Positions 1-9,967 of a stretch of 26,813 nucleotides of DNA are shown here, piece by piece. The translations under genes and the position numbers were made by a program. Numbering within the stretch: position 1 is the stretch's first letter; each line of letters opens with the position of its first letter. Under the pieces are notes generated by a model, which searched no databases, was not told the origin of the DNA, and saw only the letters and a program-made list of their open reading frames with translations. The stretch is from a virus, in the UHGV virus genome UHGV-0083306; one strand, written 5' to 3'.

Positions 1-49
1 TTTCAAGGTCTTTTGCTAATTGGTTAGCCATGCTTAATGCTCCGATAGG

Positions 50-943
50 TTATTTTTTTGCCTTTTTAGCGGCGAAATACGGCGTCCAGTCACCAGTTTC
101 CAGCGCCTTGGCTTTCAATTTGACGAGGTTGTTGATTACTGCGCCGTTGCTCCCCTTAACTGTCGGGGTTGTGGCTGCCGTGGTTTTTGCTTTTGGCATG
201 ATTCTGGCCTTCGATTCGATACGTTCCAGCAGACGACCAATTGCTACGGGGTTGGTAGCTTCTGCCAGTTGCTTGCGCAGTTCATCGTTGCGACCGAGTG
301 CCAGAACAACGATTTCCGGCTTCTCTGACTCAAACAGGATCGCGTTTTGTGTCTCGATGGGGATTTCCTCGAGTACGGCCTGCTCAGCTTCCTGATAGCC
401 AGGAACTTTGAGAGCCTTAACACGTTGCTGATATTTGGATAATCGCTCTTGATAGGCAGCCTGAAGCTCCTGCTCCTTCTGCTTGCGAGCCATCTCCTGT
501 TGCTGGTACTTGCCGTTATCCTCTGCCCACTTAGCCATGCGTTGCTGGTAGATTTCTTCATCGAAACCGATGTCCTCATCATCCAGTTTTGGCATTCGCG
601 GTGGTTGAGTGATTACCGGCTGCTGCTCGACGGGTTTCTGAGACTGACGCATCAGCTCTTTCAGCTCACGGTCTTTCTCTTTAATCGTCTTGCGCAGGTG
701 TTTTACCAGTCCATGCTCTGCGCCATCTTCGCTGGTTGGCGAATCCAGCTTTTCGTCACCAAAGTAGAATTCCTGTTCTGATTCGTCGTCATCAGTTTCA
801 GTAGCTTCCTCTGCATCATTGCCGGAGGACTCACTGCCATCTTCTGTTTCGACTTCTTCAGCCAGTTCGACATCATCAGGAATCTGCTCTGACGCGTCGG
901 TTTCGATTTCAACTTCTGGTGTGTTTTCTGCCATCTGGTCCAT
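50..943 (-). CDS. putative scaffolding protein (P22 gp8 position)
   Basis: 297-aa ORF immediately downstream of the portal gene; acidic N-terminus, coiled-coil-like middle, basic C-terminus (…AAKKAKK). Call is by position in the P22 order 3-2-1-8, not strong sequence recall. Confidence 0.5.
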   Translation of the reverse strand: MDQMAENTPEVEIETDASEQIPDDVELAEEVETEDGSESSGNDAEEATETDDDESEQEFYFGDEKLDSPTSEDGAEHGLVKHLRKTIKEKDRELKELMRQSQKPVEQQPVITQPPRMPKLDDEDIGFDEEIYQQRMAKWAEDNGKYQQQEMARKQKEQELQAAYQERLSKYQQRVKALKVPGYQEAEQAVLEEIPIETQNAILFESEKPEIVVLALGRNDELRKQLAEATNPVAIGRLLERIESKARIMPKAKTTAATTPTVKGSNGAVINNLVKLKAKALETGDWTPYFAAKKAKK

Positions 944-1033
944 TTGTTACCCCTGTTTACTCGATGTTCAGCCCATCGGAAGGCAATAGGGTGCCAGGCC
1001 TCATAAAGACAGCCATTGCACGTTATGGGTTAA

Positions 1034-3235
1034 TTACTGCTGTGGTTGTTGCTGAGTTGATTTTTGCAGGATGCTGCTGATGTCCATGCGCTGCGCATGG
1101 CCCTGTGCCTGACTTTTCAGGACAAGCTCCGCATCAGCACGGGCATTGTCTCCTTGCTGTTGCTGGAACTGTCCGAGCAGTTTCAGAGCCTCGCGGATAT
1201 CAGATTTCTGCTGGCTATCGGCAGATGCGAGGATTTTCACAACATTTGCCGCTGCAACCTGAGCATCAGTCTGTGCCTGGAATGCTTTAACCTGAATGGC
1301 TGCCTGTTCGTTCTGCGCTTTCTGCAATTCAGCCTGACCAGCAAGAAGCTGACCTTGCGCAGCAACCATAGCCGGATCCGGCTGACTGGCCTGTTGTTGT
1401 TTCGCCTGCTCAACCATCTGCTGTTCTTCTGGTGTTCTCGGCTTAATAACGCCAGACAGAAGCAACTGATTGCGGTTGTATTCTTTAAGGTCGTCCATCC
1501 CTTCGCCGTCCATATTGTCGAGAATCATCGACGATACAAGGTCATGCTTCGGCGTTCCTGGCGGGATAAGTGCCAGCATGGAAAGCAACGACTTAACCGT
1601 TGCATCACGGCGAGTAGCGAACGACTGACCGACATCGACAGTCACTTCATAGTTACCCTGCGAAAGGTCGTTAAGCGCGATAACCTTCCCTGTCTGACGG
1701 TCAACCACTTCACCAGTCATCAGCGCCACGTCATCGCTGCCATCCTCATTAACGATGCGCATTGGCGTATCGCTGCCATAGACTTCACGAGCCATAGAAA
1801 GCCACACGACGCCAGCACGGCGCATGGATTTAGCCATGTTGTCCATGTAGATATAGGACTGCGTGTCCATCCGGTTAAAGATGCTATCAACGGTATCGGT
1901 AGCGACGTTGCTCGGCATGTTCTCAAGCTGCGACGCACCTGTAATTTGCTGAATAGCCGTTCCGGTGTACTGCAATAGCCCGGCAAGAGCAGGAGGCATT
2001 TGTGTCGGAGGTGTCCAGCCAGCAACCTGAGCCTCTGAAATGACCGTTCCGTTTTTGTCCTTCTTGCTGGTCATGGGAAGAACTGCAGGTCTTTTCTTAT
2101 TCCTCTCTGCCCAGTGATTCATTAATGGACCGGGAATGAAATCAACATCCACGATAGGAATGCCATCACCGCCAGCCTGAGTAGCATTATCTGCAATCAT
2201 GGAAACCATCAGGTTCTCAAGACGCTGTGCATCCATCGCTTTTGCTGCGTGGCCTTCGATTCGCTCCTGATTATCAACAAATGAACGACGCCCATATACC
2301 GGGATGAGAGGAATATGTTCGCCCGGAATACGCTTCGGTTCTTCCAGCCATTCAGCGCCAGACAGAAGACCGCAATAAACTCGGCGTTTCTTCACCGTTC
2401 GCTCGCCAATCAGTTCGAATGCACCATCGGTCAGCTCGTCGACAATATCTTTGATTTGCTCTTCATCATAGATTGCCGTTTCTCCGCTGACAGGGTTACG
2501 CCATGCTGTGAGCTTCACCTTCTCTATGCGGACTTCGTAGTAGCGTCCAACATAGATGGCATCTGGCGTTGACCAGTCATATTGAGTGCCAGTGTCATCA
2601 CGAGAAAGGCTTGCCGCGATGGAATCAGGGTATTCAGCCTCGAACGCTTTAGGCGTCATGGAGAACATTTCCATAGCCCACATAGCATCAGAACGGTCAT
2701 ATTGCTTGCTGTCCTGATCGAAGAAGACGCATGTCGCTGGGTCGTAAACAGGAAGAAGGCTGATGCGTCGCTGCTCGTTACTCGGATCCATTTCATCTTC
2801 GTAATCGGCACACATGCGGAAACAACCGAATCCGCCCGTTACAGCATCATCAAATGCGTTATCACACGCTTCGCCACCGGATGTTTCCTGATAGTCAGCG
2901 CGGAATTTGCCGTTCATCTTTTCGGCTAACGCTTCCGATGCCTTATCGTCCTTCGGCCTGAATTTAACGCTGATGCGATTCTGTCGATACTCGCCAATGA
3001 TGCGATCACATTCACGGGCAATCTTATTCAATTCAAAACGCGGATAATGCTCGAACCTGCCTTCATCAAATGAGTAACCAGCGTTTGTGCTGCCTTCCCA
3101 CTGTGCGCCGGACACCCGGACGAAACGTTGAGCCTCAATAATCTGCTCACGCATATCCTGCGTTGCTGACCAGGCATTATCAAAGTTGCACAGCACCTTG
3201 CGATGCCAGTCAGTCATCTTTCTATCATCAGCCAT
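1034..3235 (-). CDS. portal protein (P22 gp1-like)
   Basis: ~733-aa ORF; C-terminal region (PEEQQ…DPAMV…GQAEL.KAQN…RMDI..ILQ) resembles the P22 portal barrel. Start taken at MADDRK (3235), which overlaps the terminase stop by 1 nt; the ORF track begins at 3250. Confidence 0.8.
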   Translation of the reverse strand: MADDRKMTDWHRKVLCNFDNAWSATQDMREQIIEAQRFVRVSGAQWEGSTNAGYSFDEGRFEHYPRFELNKIARECDRIIGEYRQNRISVKFRPKDDKASEALAEKMNGKFRADYQETSGGEACDNAFDDAVTGGFGCFRMCADYEDEMDPSNEQRRISLLPVYDPATCVFFDQDSKQYDRSDAMWAMEMFSMTPKAFEAEYPDSIAASLSRDDTGTQYDWSTPDAIYVGRYYEVRIEKVKLTAWRNPVSGETAIYDEEQIKDIVDELTDGAFELIGERTVKKRRVYCGLLSGAEWLEEPKRIPGEHIPLIPVYGRRSFVDNQERIEGHAAKAMDAQRLENLMVSMIADNATQAGGDGIPIVDVDFIPGPLMNHWAERNKKRPAVLPMTSKKDKNGTVISEAQVAGWTPPTQMPPALAGLLQYTGTAIQQITGASQLENMPSNVATDTVDSIFNRMDTQSYIYMDNMAKSMRRAGVVWLSMAREVYGSDTPMRIVNEDGSDDVALMTGEVVDRQTGKVIALNDLSQGNYEVTVDVGQSFATRRDATVKSLLSMLALIPPGTPKHDLVSSMILDNMDGEGMDDLKEYNRNQLLLSGVIKPRTPEEQQMVEQAKQQQASQPDPAMVAAQGQLLAGQAELQKAQNEQAAIQVKAFQAQTDAQVAAANVVKILASADSQQKSDIREALKLLGQFQQQQGDNARADAELVLKSQAQGHAQRMDISSILQKSTQQQPQQ

Positions 3236-4731
3236 CATCCAACTCCGCAAGGTATGTTGTAGCTTGAGTAATCAATCTCTTTAGGATCTTTGATGTCTCG
3301 CATCTGTATTGCAAAACGCCTCATCATGTAGCCATAGCGAACAGCAGAAAGGATGTCGTCATTTAGCTTGACGATCTTCCCGTTCTCATCGCGGTGATAC
3401 AGGCGAAACTCTTCAAAGAATGGCTCGCAGGTGTTAAATACCTTGAAACGACCGTCGAGCATCATGTCGCGTATCTCTGCTATCCCGGGTTCGACCGCAT
3501 TACCTCCATCAGGCCATGTTGCATGATCTGGCAACATATCGAACCCAGCGTCGGCGTATTGTTCCTTGAGCTGAGCGCCGCCTCCCTTTTCGTGCTGATG
3601 CCCGTCATGAGGCCAAGCCGTAGGGGTGTTTTTGCTCCATGCTTTAACAGCACTCCATGCCTCTGTCGCCTTCTTCTGTTTGGCCTTCCAGACGCGAGAA
3701 AGATAAATCACGTCCTCGTCTTTATCCCACCAAAGCTGGATGTGTGCCTGTGGGTGATCCCATCCGAAGTCCATTGCATTGATGACGTAGAAGTGATCAG
3801 GACACTCGAACGGCTGACACTTAATAGTCTCTTCCGGTATCTGGAAGATTCGACCACTACCCATCGTAGGAATACCGCGAGCACGCGCCTCTCTCTCATG
3901 CTCAGGATAGGATGCGATGATTTGCTCTTTCTGCTCGTCGGTATAGTGCTCAGCGTCATAGATGGTCATGTTGACCACTTTCTGCGACTTGCTGGGATTC
4001 TTCAGGAACTTGGTAACAACGTCAGACATCCCCATCAGCGGGGTAAACGTCAGAATTGAGAATTGCCCGTATTTGTTGGTACGGGTAAGACCTTCGCCAT
4101 AAATGCTGTATGGTGGCTCTTCGTCAAACCACACGCCGTGGATTGTGTCACCCTGCCAGCGAGCGCGGCCTTGCGAGTATGGTTTGAAGTAGCAGATTGA
4201 AATGCCATCTTCAACGCCATCAGTCGTGTGATGCTTAACCAGAAGATGATCAACAAGGTTCGGAAAGAAAGGAGACTTCTTCCAGCTAATGATGTCCTCT
4301 TTCGGTATTGAACCGTAGCCCGGCTCATCATTCTCTTCAATACGACCGCACAGGATGCGTTGAGTCGTTTTGGTTACCGTCTCGTTTGTCTCGCCGCCAA
4401 TCCAGAAGACAACAGGCTCATAGAAACGCTTACCTTTCCACTCACCGCCATATTTACCATCAGCAGGATAGCCTTTTGTGCCCGGATAACGCCCGGTAAG
4501 GTGAAACGCGACTTCAGCAGCACCAGTAAATGACTTACCAAGCTGGTTACCAGCCATAAAACAGCGCTCTGGATAGTCATGTCCGGCGTCGATGAACTCA
4601 CGCTGTTTGCTGTATGGCGTAAATTCATATAGCAGGTGTGTGTTCCGGTAGTTCTCTTCTTCTTCGAGTAGCTCGAGCAACTCGATTTGCTCTTCGTCGC
4701 TCAGGTTATCAAGAATCGCGTCCAGTTCCAC
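3235..4731 (-). CDS. terminase large subunit (P22 gp2-like)
   Basis: 498-aa ORF; N-terminus [29 protein letters not shown] and overall length match remembered P22 gp2; position between small terminase and portal. Confidence 0.88.
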   Translation of the reverse strand: MELDAILDNLSDEEQIELLELLEEEENYRNTHLLYEFTPYSKQREFIDAGHDYPERCFMAGNQLGKSFTGAAEVAFHLTGRYPGTKGYPADGKYGGEWKGKRFYEPVVFWIGGETNETVTKTTQRILCGRIEENDEPGYGSIPKEDIISWKKSPFFPNLVDHLLVKHHTTDGVEDGISICYFKPYSQGRARWQGDTIHGVWFDEEPPYSIYGEGLTRTNKYGQFSILTFTPLMGMSDVVTKFLKNPSKSQKVVNMTIYDAEHYTDEQKEQIIASYPEHEREARARGIPTMGSGRIFQIPEETIKCQPFECPDHFYVINAMDFGWDHPQAHIQLWWDKDEDVIYLSRVWKAKQKKATEAWSAVKAWSKNTPTAWPHDGHQHEKGGGAQLKEQYADAGFDMLPDHATWPDGGNAVEPGIAEIRDMMLDGRFKVFNTCEPFFEEFRLYHRDENGKIVKLNDDILSAVRYGYMMRRFAIQMRDIKDPKEIDYSSYNIPCGVG

Positions 4732-5197
4732 GGTTGAATAGCTCCTTGATACGAGAGCGCCGCTTATCGCGATCTCCCTTATCAGGTGTCACGTCTTCAA
4801 CTTGCGACTGCTCTTTGAGGCCCAAATCACGGGCGATGATGTTAGCGTTGAGAAGGTCAGCGGCTGCGCCAGAGAATTTCTGGTCGTAGATGATGTCTTC
4901 CGCTCGTGATGTGACGTCAGAAAAACCTTCCATTGACCGGAAGGTTCCCCATGTTTGCCTGGTGATATCAAGGAAGGTACACAATCCTGAAATAGTCATG
5001 GCTCGCATCTTAGGGACATTAGCCTTAATTATTTCTCCCTGATATGAAAATACCTTACCCTCCCATAGCGGGTTATCATCAGCCCACTCGAAGTATTCAC
5101 AACAAGCAGCCCACAGCGCCTCAGGCGATTCGAATTTAGGATTTCGCCCATGACTACTGCGGGCCTCCCAAAATCGGTTGCCCTTTGGTGCTGCCAT
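4709..5197 (-). CDS. terminase small subunit (P22 gp3-like)
   Basis: 162-aa ORF starting [40 protein letters not shown], matching remembered P22 gp3; overlaps the start of the large subunit. Confidence 0.85.
   Translation of the reverse strand: MAAPKGNRFWEARSSHGRNPKFESPEALWAACCEYFEWADDNPLWEGKVFSYQGEIIKANVPKMRAMTISGLCTFLDITRQTWGTFRSMEGFSDVTSRAEDIIYDQKFSGAAADLLNANIIARDLGLKEQSQVEDVTPDKGDRDKRRSRIKELFNRGTGRDS
4905..4930 (-). other. candidate pac site inside the small-terminase gene
   Basis: Coding-strand GAAGGTTTTTCTGACGTCACATCACG at codons 90-98, resembling the P22 pac sequence, which lies mid-gene 3 in P22. Confidence 0.4.
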
Positions 5198-5276
5198 ATT
5201 GATTATTTCCCTTCTGCTTGCTTATCCCATTCATCGCGGAATTTGGATGGGTTGTCGAAACCTTGAGTTGCCATGT

Positions 5277-5519
5277 TTATGCTCCGGTAGTGAACAGGTC
5301 TAACGCTTCCTTCGATTTACGCACCGCTTCGATAGTGCGGGTCGTGATATCTGAATTAGCGCCGCCTGACTGGAAGTGAATTTTGAATAGCTCAAGCTTC
5401 AGCTCGTCAGTGCCAATGAACTGAAATGCTTCTTCTGCGGCTGCGTTCTGGTTCATGACCAGCTTGTAAATCTCTAACTGGAATTTCTGTTCTTCAGTCA
5501 TGGGAATAATCTCTGCCAT
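5277..5519 (-). CDS. hypothetical protein (80 aa) upstream of small terminase
   Basis: ORF with an SD-like ACGGAG upstream; sits where P22 has a small ORF between lysis genes and gene 3. Confidence 0.5.
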   Translation of the reverse strand: MAEIIPMTEEQKFQLEIYKLVMNQNAAAEEAFQFIGTDELKLELFKIHFQSGGANSDITTRTIEAVRKSKEALDLFTTGA

Positions 5520-5814
5520 TGTTGGCTCCGTTTATCCGTTAAAAGGGATATCAGTTAAGTTATCCCGTGTAGGGTATAAGCCATTGTCGAGACCACTCAT
5601 TGAATGGTCTCTGCAATAACCGATGTCTTTCCATCAGTCCGCCACCACAAAGAATCTTTTTTGCCATCAGGCAGGAGGTTCATCTTTCAGTGGCTGCCAG
5701 TGTTATTTCCCCACTTTCTGGCTTGGGTTGTTTCGCTGTACTGCCGTTAATTAGTGACCAGAAATTAACTCCGGTTTCATTATCAAGCCCACCCGTAGAT
5801 GGGCTTTGTAATGG

Positions 5815-6072
5815 CTACTTCGCTTTTGCTTCCGCTCGCTTACGCCGGCGCTCTTCTTTCCTCTCGGCTTTTGCCATGTCCATGAATGCCTGCATGATCG
5901 AGTTCCGCATCATGTAGCTAACAAAGTGATGATTGACACAGCCGTTGAGGCGCAGCTGCTCGCCAAACTCATCCACCGAGGCCAATGCTTCCATCATGCC
6001 CTTCTCGCCTTTCATGAACTCTGAGAAGTCGCGCCCCGCTCTGGAGGCGCATTCAATGACACGATCACTCAT
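5815..6072 (-). CDS. hypothetical protein (85 aa), basic C-terminus
   Basis: ORF whose ATG overlaps the stop of the upstream KilA-N gene (ATGA), suggesting translational coupling. Confidence 0.45.
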   Translation of the reverse strand: MSDRVIECASRAGRDFSEFMKGEKGMMEALASVDEFGEQLRLNGCVNHHFVSYMMRNSIMQAFMDMAKAERKEERRRKRAEAKAK

Positions 6073-6566
6073 CCCGGAAGCCCGGGGATCGTAATCTGCA
6101 GCTGGTTAGCCAGGGAGTTAATCTCAGCGACCAACACTGGCTTCGTATAGCGCCATGCTGCCAGCCCTTGTCCGCAGAAGCTCGCCATGTCTTTCTTCTG
6201 GTCAAACTCATGACATTTCATGTTGAGCTGCGCACTTAAGCTGTTGCGATGCTGAAGTTCTCCGGTGAAGTAGTCATCGAGGACTTTATAGGCCGCGTAC
6301 TTGAACCCGGGGTTTAACCAAGCCGCATAATCGTAAGCAACAAACTTCCCGCCATATGTTCCACCGTGTACACCGCGCTCAGTAAAAACCACAGATTCGT
6401 GGTTTTTCTCCAGCTCGGCTAAGAACTCTTTGGTCTGCTTGTTTCGCAGGTAGTGGTAAGGCGATTCAGATTCACTTTTACCACTGGCTTTCCACATATC
6501 AGTGAGGCAGATCATGCCATCTTCACCGATACGAATTGGTTGATTGAAGAGGGTTAATGATTTCAT
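6069..6566 (-). CDS. KilA-N domain protein
   Basis: 165-aa ORF with a KilA-N-like N-terminal motif (…GMICLTDMWKASGK…); common in lambdoid prophages. Confidence 0.6.
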   Translation of the reverse strand: MKSLTLFNQPIRIGEDGMICLTDMWKASGKSESESPYHYLRNKQTKEFLAELEKNHESVVFTERGVHGGTYGGKFVAYDYAAWLNPGFKYAAYKVLDDYFTGELQHRNSLSAQLNMKCHEFDQKKDMASFCGQGLAAWRYTKPVLVAEINSLANQLQITIPGLPG

Positions 6567-6704
6567 AGCGTGTACCTACTCTTTGAAATGAACCTTTGCC
6601 GCACAGGAAACCAGCCCACCGAGGCTCGCCAGCACTAACTGGTATCCTCAAAGGCCCATTCCAAAGGGGCAGGTTCGGTGTAAAAAACATGCGTTGCGGT
6701 ACGC

Positions 6705-6740
6705 ATTTATTGGAAAAAGCCCCGCATCGCGAGGCTCATT
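6705..6740 (-). terminator. possible intrinsic terminator downstream of Rz
   Basis: Minus-strand hairpin (GAGCCTCGC GAT GCGGGGCTT) followed by TTTTCC; a palindrome TGCGTTGCGGTACGCA lies beside it. Confidence 0.35.
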
Positions 6741-6767
6741 AAATGGACTTTGTGATTTGCAAAAAAA

Positions 6768-7205
6768 TTATTTCAGGCATTGCGTCCTGATGTACTCCTG
6801 CAGGTAGTTAACCTGCGCGGTTATCCTGTCGATTCCACTTCGTAGACGGTAATAATTGAGTTCAGCATCTGCTGTAAGTCTTGGGCTTTCTCCATCGCCC
6901 ATGCTGCTGGCTCCGGTCGTTGACTTTGCACAGGTGGCGGCGACTTGCATGCGCTTACGACCAGCAGAAACATCAGCACGGAGACTTTCGATAGTCGCGT
7001 TAGCATCAGCAAGCTCCTTTGTATATCTGGCGTCGAGTTCTGCTACATTGCGTTGACGTTTCTGCATGTCAGCGATAATGAATGCGGCCTTATCGCGCTG
7101 TTCTTTATAGGTAATGGCGTTATCACGGTAATGATTAACCGCCCATGACAGGCAGACGATGATGCAGATAACCAGAGCAGAGATAATCGCGGTTACTCTG
7201 CTCAT
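6768..7205 (-). CDS. Rz: Rz-like i-spanin
   Basis: 145-aa ORF; N-terminus [34 protein letters not shown] matches lambda Rz, the C-terminal half diverges; overlaps the R stop. Confidence 0.85.
   Translation of the reverse strand: MSRVTAIISALVICIIVCLSWAVNHYRDNAITYKEQRDKAAFIIADMQKRQRNVAELDARYTKELADANATIESLRADVSAGRKRMQVAATCAKSTTGASSMGDGESPRLTADAELNYYRLRSGIDRITAQVNYLQEYIRTQCLK
6821..7012 (-). CDS. Rz1: Rz1-like o-spanin lipoprotein, embedded in Rz
   Basis: 63-aa ORF in the +1 frame inside Rz; signal peptide with lipobox LVVSAC, proline-rich mature region ([13 protein letters not shown]). Confidence 0.7.
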   Translation of the reverse strand: MLMLTRLSKVSVLMFLLVVSACKSPPPVQSQRPEPAAWAMEKAQDLQQMLNSIITVYEVESTG

Positions 7206-7678
7206 ACCTCAATCTCTCTGACCGCTCCGCCAGCCTCTTTGAATTTTGCAATCAGGCTGTCAGCCTTATGCTCGAACTGGCCATAACCAGCACCCGGCAG
7301 TGAAGCCCAGATATTGCTGCAACGGTCGATTGCCTGACGGATATCACCGCGATCAATCATCGGTAAAGCGCCACGCTCTTTAATCTGCTGCAATGCCACA
7401 GCGTCCTGGCTTTTCGGAGAGAAGTCTTTCAGGCCAAGCTGCTTGCGGTAGGCATCCCACCAACGGGAAAGAAGCTGGTAACGTCCGGCGGCTGTTGATT
7501 TGAGTTTGGGGTTTAGCGTGACAAGTTTGCGAGGGTGATCGGAGTAATCAGTGAATAGCTCTCCGCCAACAATGACGTCATAACCATGATTTCTGGTTTT
7601 CTGACGTCCGTTATCAGTTCCCTCTGACCACGCCAGCATATCGAGGAACGCCTTACGTTGATTATTGATTTCCACCAT
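7202..7678 (-). CDS. R: endolysin, lambda R-type lytic transglycosylase
   Basis: 158-aa [42 protein letters not shown]… matching lambda R. Confidence 0.9.
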   Translation of the reverse strand: MVEINNQRKAFLDMLAWSEGTDNGRQKTRNHGYDVIVGGELFTDYSDHPRKLVTLNPKLKSTAAGRYQLLSRWWDAYRKQLGLKDFSPKSQDAVALQQIKERGALPMIDRGDIRQAIDRCSNIWASLPGAGYGQFEHKADSLIAKFKEAGGAVREIEV

Positions 7679-7985
7679 CTTCTACTCCGGCTTTTTTAGC
7701 AGCGAAGCGTTTGATAAGCGAACCTATCGAGTCAGTACCGATGTAGCCGATGAACACGCTCGTTATATAAGCGAGATTGCTACTTAGTCCTGCGAAGTCG
7801 AGAAGGTCACGAATGAACCAGGCGATAATGGCGCACATCGTTGCGTCGATTACTGTTTTTGTAAACGCACCGCCATTATATCTGCCGCGAAGGTACGCCA
7901 TTGCAAACGCAAGGATTGCCCCGATGCCTTGTTCCTTTGCCGCAAGAATGGCGGCTAACAGGTCATGTTTTTCTGGCATCTTCAT
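7662..7985 (-). CDS. S: holin, lambda S-type
   Basis: 107-aa [46 protein letters not shown]… matching lambda S, including the Met1-Lys2-Met3 dual start. Confidence 0.9.
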   Translation of the reverse strand: MKMPEKHDLLAAILAAKEQGIGAILAFAMAYLRGRYNGGAFTKTVIDATMCAIIAWFIRDLLDFAGLSSNLAYITSVFIGYIGTDSIGSLIKRFAAKKAGVEDGGNQ

Positions 7986-8384
7986 GTCTTACCCCCAATA
8001 AGGGGATTTGCTCTATTTAATTAGGAATAAGGTCGATTACTGATAGAACAAATCCAGGCTACTGTGTTTAGTAATCAGATTTGTTCGTGACCGATATGCA
8101 CGGGCAAAACGGCAGGAGGTTGTTAGCGCAACCTCCTGCCACCCGCGTTCACGAAGGTCATGTGTAGAAGGCCGCAGCGTAACTATCACTGATGAATTCA
8201 GGATAGCCAGTGGCTACGGCTCAGTTTGGGTCGTGCTGTTGCTGGGCGGCGATGACGCCTGTACGCATTTGGTGATCCGGTTCTGCTTCCGGTATTCGCT
8301 TAATTCAGCACAACGGAAAGAGCACTGGCTAACCAGGCTCGCCGACTCTTCACGATTATCGACTCAATGCTCTTACCTGTTGTG

Positions 8385-8452
8385 CAGATATAAAAAATCC
8401 CGAAACCGTTATGCAGGCTCTAACTATTACCTGCGAACTGTTTCGGGATTGC
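8385..8452 (-). terminator. tR'-like intrinsic terminator (end of the 6S-type late leader)
   Basis: Minus-strand AATCCCGAAAC…GGTTTCGGGATTTTTTAT hairpin plus U-run, matching the remembered lambda tR'. Confidence 0.7.
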
Positions 8453-8580
8453 ATTTTGCAGACCTCTCTGCCTGCGATGGTTGGAGTTCCAGACGATACG
8501 TCGAAGTGACCAACTAGGCGGAATCGGTAGTAAGCGCCGCCTCTTTTCATCTCACTACCACAACGAGCGAATTAACCCAT

Positions 8581-9072
8581 CTATCCCATACTGGAGAATT
8601 CACCATGATATTTTATCCTGGCATTTTCCATTGCCTTTCTAGCCTCCTCGATATCGTCAAAACACCCTACATGAATCCTTTTACCATTGACTCTAATTCT
8701 TCCAACCCACTTGTTTGCAGCAGAATTAAAAGTCACCCCCTTCACACCAGATGAATTGTTTTTCCTCATCTTGCTGTTCCATGAGTTTTGAGTGTTAGTA
8801 ACAACACGAAGATTGGCTATCCGGTTATCAGACCTATCACCATTAATATGGTCAATCACATCGGTTGGCCAATCATTGTAAACCATCAGCCATGCAATTC
8901 TATGGACATATAGCCGCATTCCATAAAGTTTTACCTGCAGATATCCATTGGTTTTATAGCCAACAACAGCGCCATAGATAAATCTAGAGGACCGAGGTGG
9001 ATTCTTCCATGTAAGAATTCCAGTATCTGGATTGTAATTAAAAAGTCTCAATGCATCTTCACGTTTTAACAT
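8581..9072 (-). CDS. HNH endonuclease with AP2 domain (homing-endonuclease-like), inserted in the late leader
   Basis: 163-aa ORF with HNH motif DVIDHINGDRSDNRIANLRVVTNTQN and AP2-like C-terminus (SGVKGVTF…KWVGRIRVNGKRIHVGCFDDIEEA); visibly AT-rich; lies between pR' and tR'. Confidence 0.8.
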   Translation of the reverse strand: MLKREDALRLFNYNPDTGILTWKNPPRSSRFIYGAVVGYKTNGYLQVKLYGMRLYVHRIAWLMVYNDWPTDVIDHINGDRSDNRIANLRVVTNTQNSWNSKMRKNNSSGVKGVTFNSAANKWVGRIRVNGKRIHVGCFDDIEEARKAMENARIKYHGEFSSMG

Positions 9073-9272
9073 AGGCGAACCACATAGATATTAGAGCCTG
9101 CTGACATAGAAATATCACCACGAGAGAAGTCGCCAAAAGCGATATTTCTCAGGCTCTATTCCTATGTGCTCTCGAGTTTATGATGCGCATGTCAGTGCGC
9201 TTAGAACTTAAAGATGAGGTGGGTAAAAGCTTAAAGAATGTGAACGGATATAAATCTGCCATTCTTGGGTCA

Positions 9273-9300
9273 AATTTACCCAATTTTATTCAATAAGTCA
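9273..9300 (-). promoter_or_regulatory. pR' late promoter with qut-type initial transcribed region
   Basis: Minus strand: -35 TTGACT (9295-9300), 16-bp spacer, -10 TAAATT (9273-9278), just downstream of the Q stop; AAGAAT -10-like pause element follows. Confidence 0.6.
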
Positions 9301-9343
9301 ATATCATGCCGTTAATATGTTGCCATCCGTGGCAATCATGCTG

Positions 9344-9967
9344 CTAACGTGTGACCGCATTCAAAATGTTGTCTGCGATTGACTCTTCTTTGTGGCATTG
9401 CACCACCAGAGCGTCATACAGCGGCTTAACAGTGCGTGACCAGGTGGGTTGGGTAAGGTTTGGGATTAGCATCGTCACAGCGCGATATGCTGCGCTTGCT
9501 GGCATCCTTGAATAGCCGACGCCTTTGCATCTTCCGCACTCTTTCTCGACAACTCTCCCCCACAGCTCTGTTTTGGCAATATCAACCGCACGGCCTGTAC
9601 CGTGGCAATCTCTGCATCTTGCCCCCGGCGTCGCGGCACTACGGCAATAATCCGCATAAGCGAATGTTGCGAGCACTTGCAGTACCTTTGCCTTAGTATT
9701 TCCTTCAAGCTTTGCCACACCACGGTATTTCCCCGATACCTTGTGTGCAAATTGCATCAGATAGTTGATAGCCTTTTGTTTGTCGTTCTGGCTGAGTTCG
9801 TGCTTACCGCAGAATGCAGCCATACCGAATCCGGCTTGTGATTGCGCCATCCCCATAGCAGCCATCACATCAGTACCGGAAAGAGAGTCAGAAGCCGTGG
9901 CCCGTGGTGAGTCGCTCATCATCGGGCTTTTTGGCGAATGAAATTTAGCTACGCTTTCGAGTCTCAT
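9344..9967 (-). CDS. Q: late antiterminator Q (lambda-type)
   Basis: 207-aa ORF MRLESVAKFHSPKSPMMSDSPRATASDSLSGTDV… with the zinc-finger cysteines (CRDCHGTG…CGRCKG); matches lambda Q. Confidence 0.9.
   Translation of the reverse strand: MRLESVAKFHSPKSPMMSDSPRATASDSLSGTDVMAAMGMAQSQAGFGMAAFCGKHELSQNDKQKAINYLMQFAHKVSGKYRGVAKLEGNTKAKVLQVLATFAYADYCRSAATPGARCRDCHGTGRAVDIAKTELWGRVVEKECGRCKGVGYSRMPASAAYRAVTMLIPNLTQPTWSRTVKPLYDALVVQCHKEESIADNILNAVTR

Noticed and set aside
30-395. 121-aa plus-strand ORF overlapping the scaffold gene
   Set aside because: Antisense to a much longer, better-supported gene; no RBS; low-complexity translation. The same applies to other shadow ORFs such as 1064-1978, 3394-4059, 14254-14703 and 14719-15453.
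3235-3250. Upstream start for the portal gene (MRSWMM…)
   Set aside because: The MADDRK start at 3235 overlaps the terminase stop by 1 nt and parallels the remembered P22 portal N-terminus; the longer form would overlap the terminase coding region.
5520-5815. Hairpins (GAGACCA…TGGTCTC at 5588-5610; AAGCCCA…TGGGCTT near 5785) examined as tRNA or terminator candidates
   Set aside because: No cloverleaf or T-loop signature and no convincing U-run; left as unexplained secondary structure.
8233-8550. ORFs 8233-8517 (+) and 8356-8550 (-) in the late leader
   Set aside because: They lie in the lambda-like non-coding leader and overlap the tR' hairpin; no RBS.
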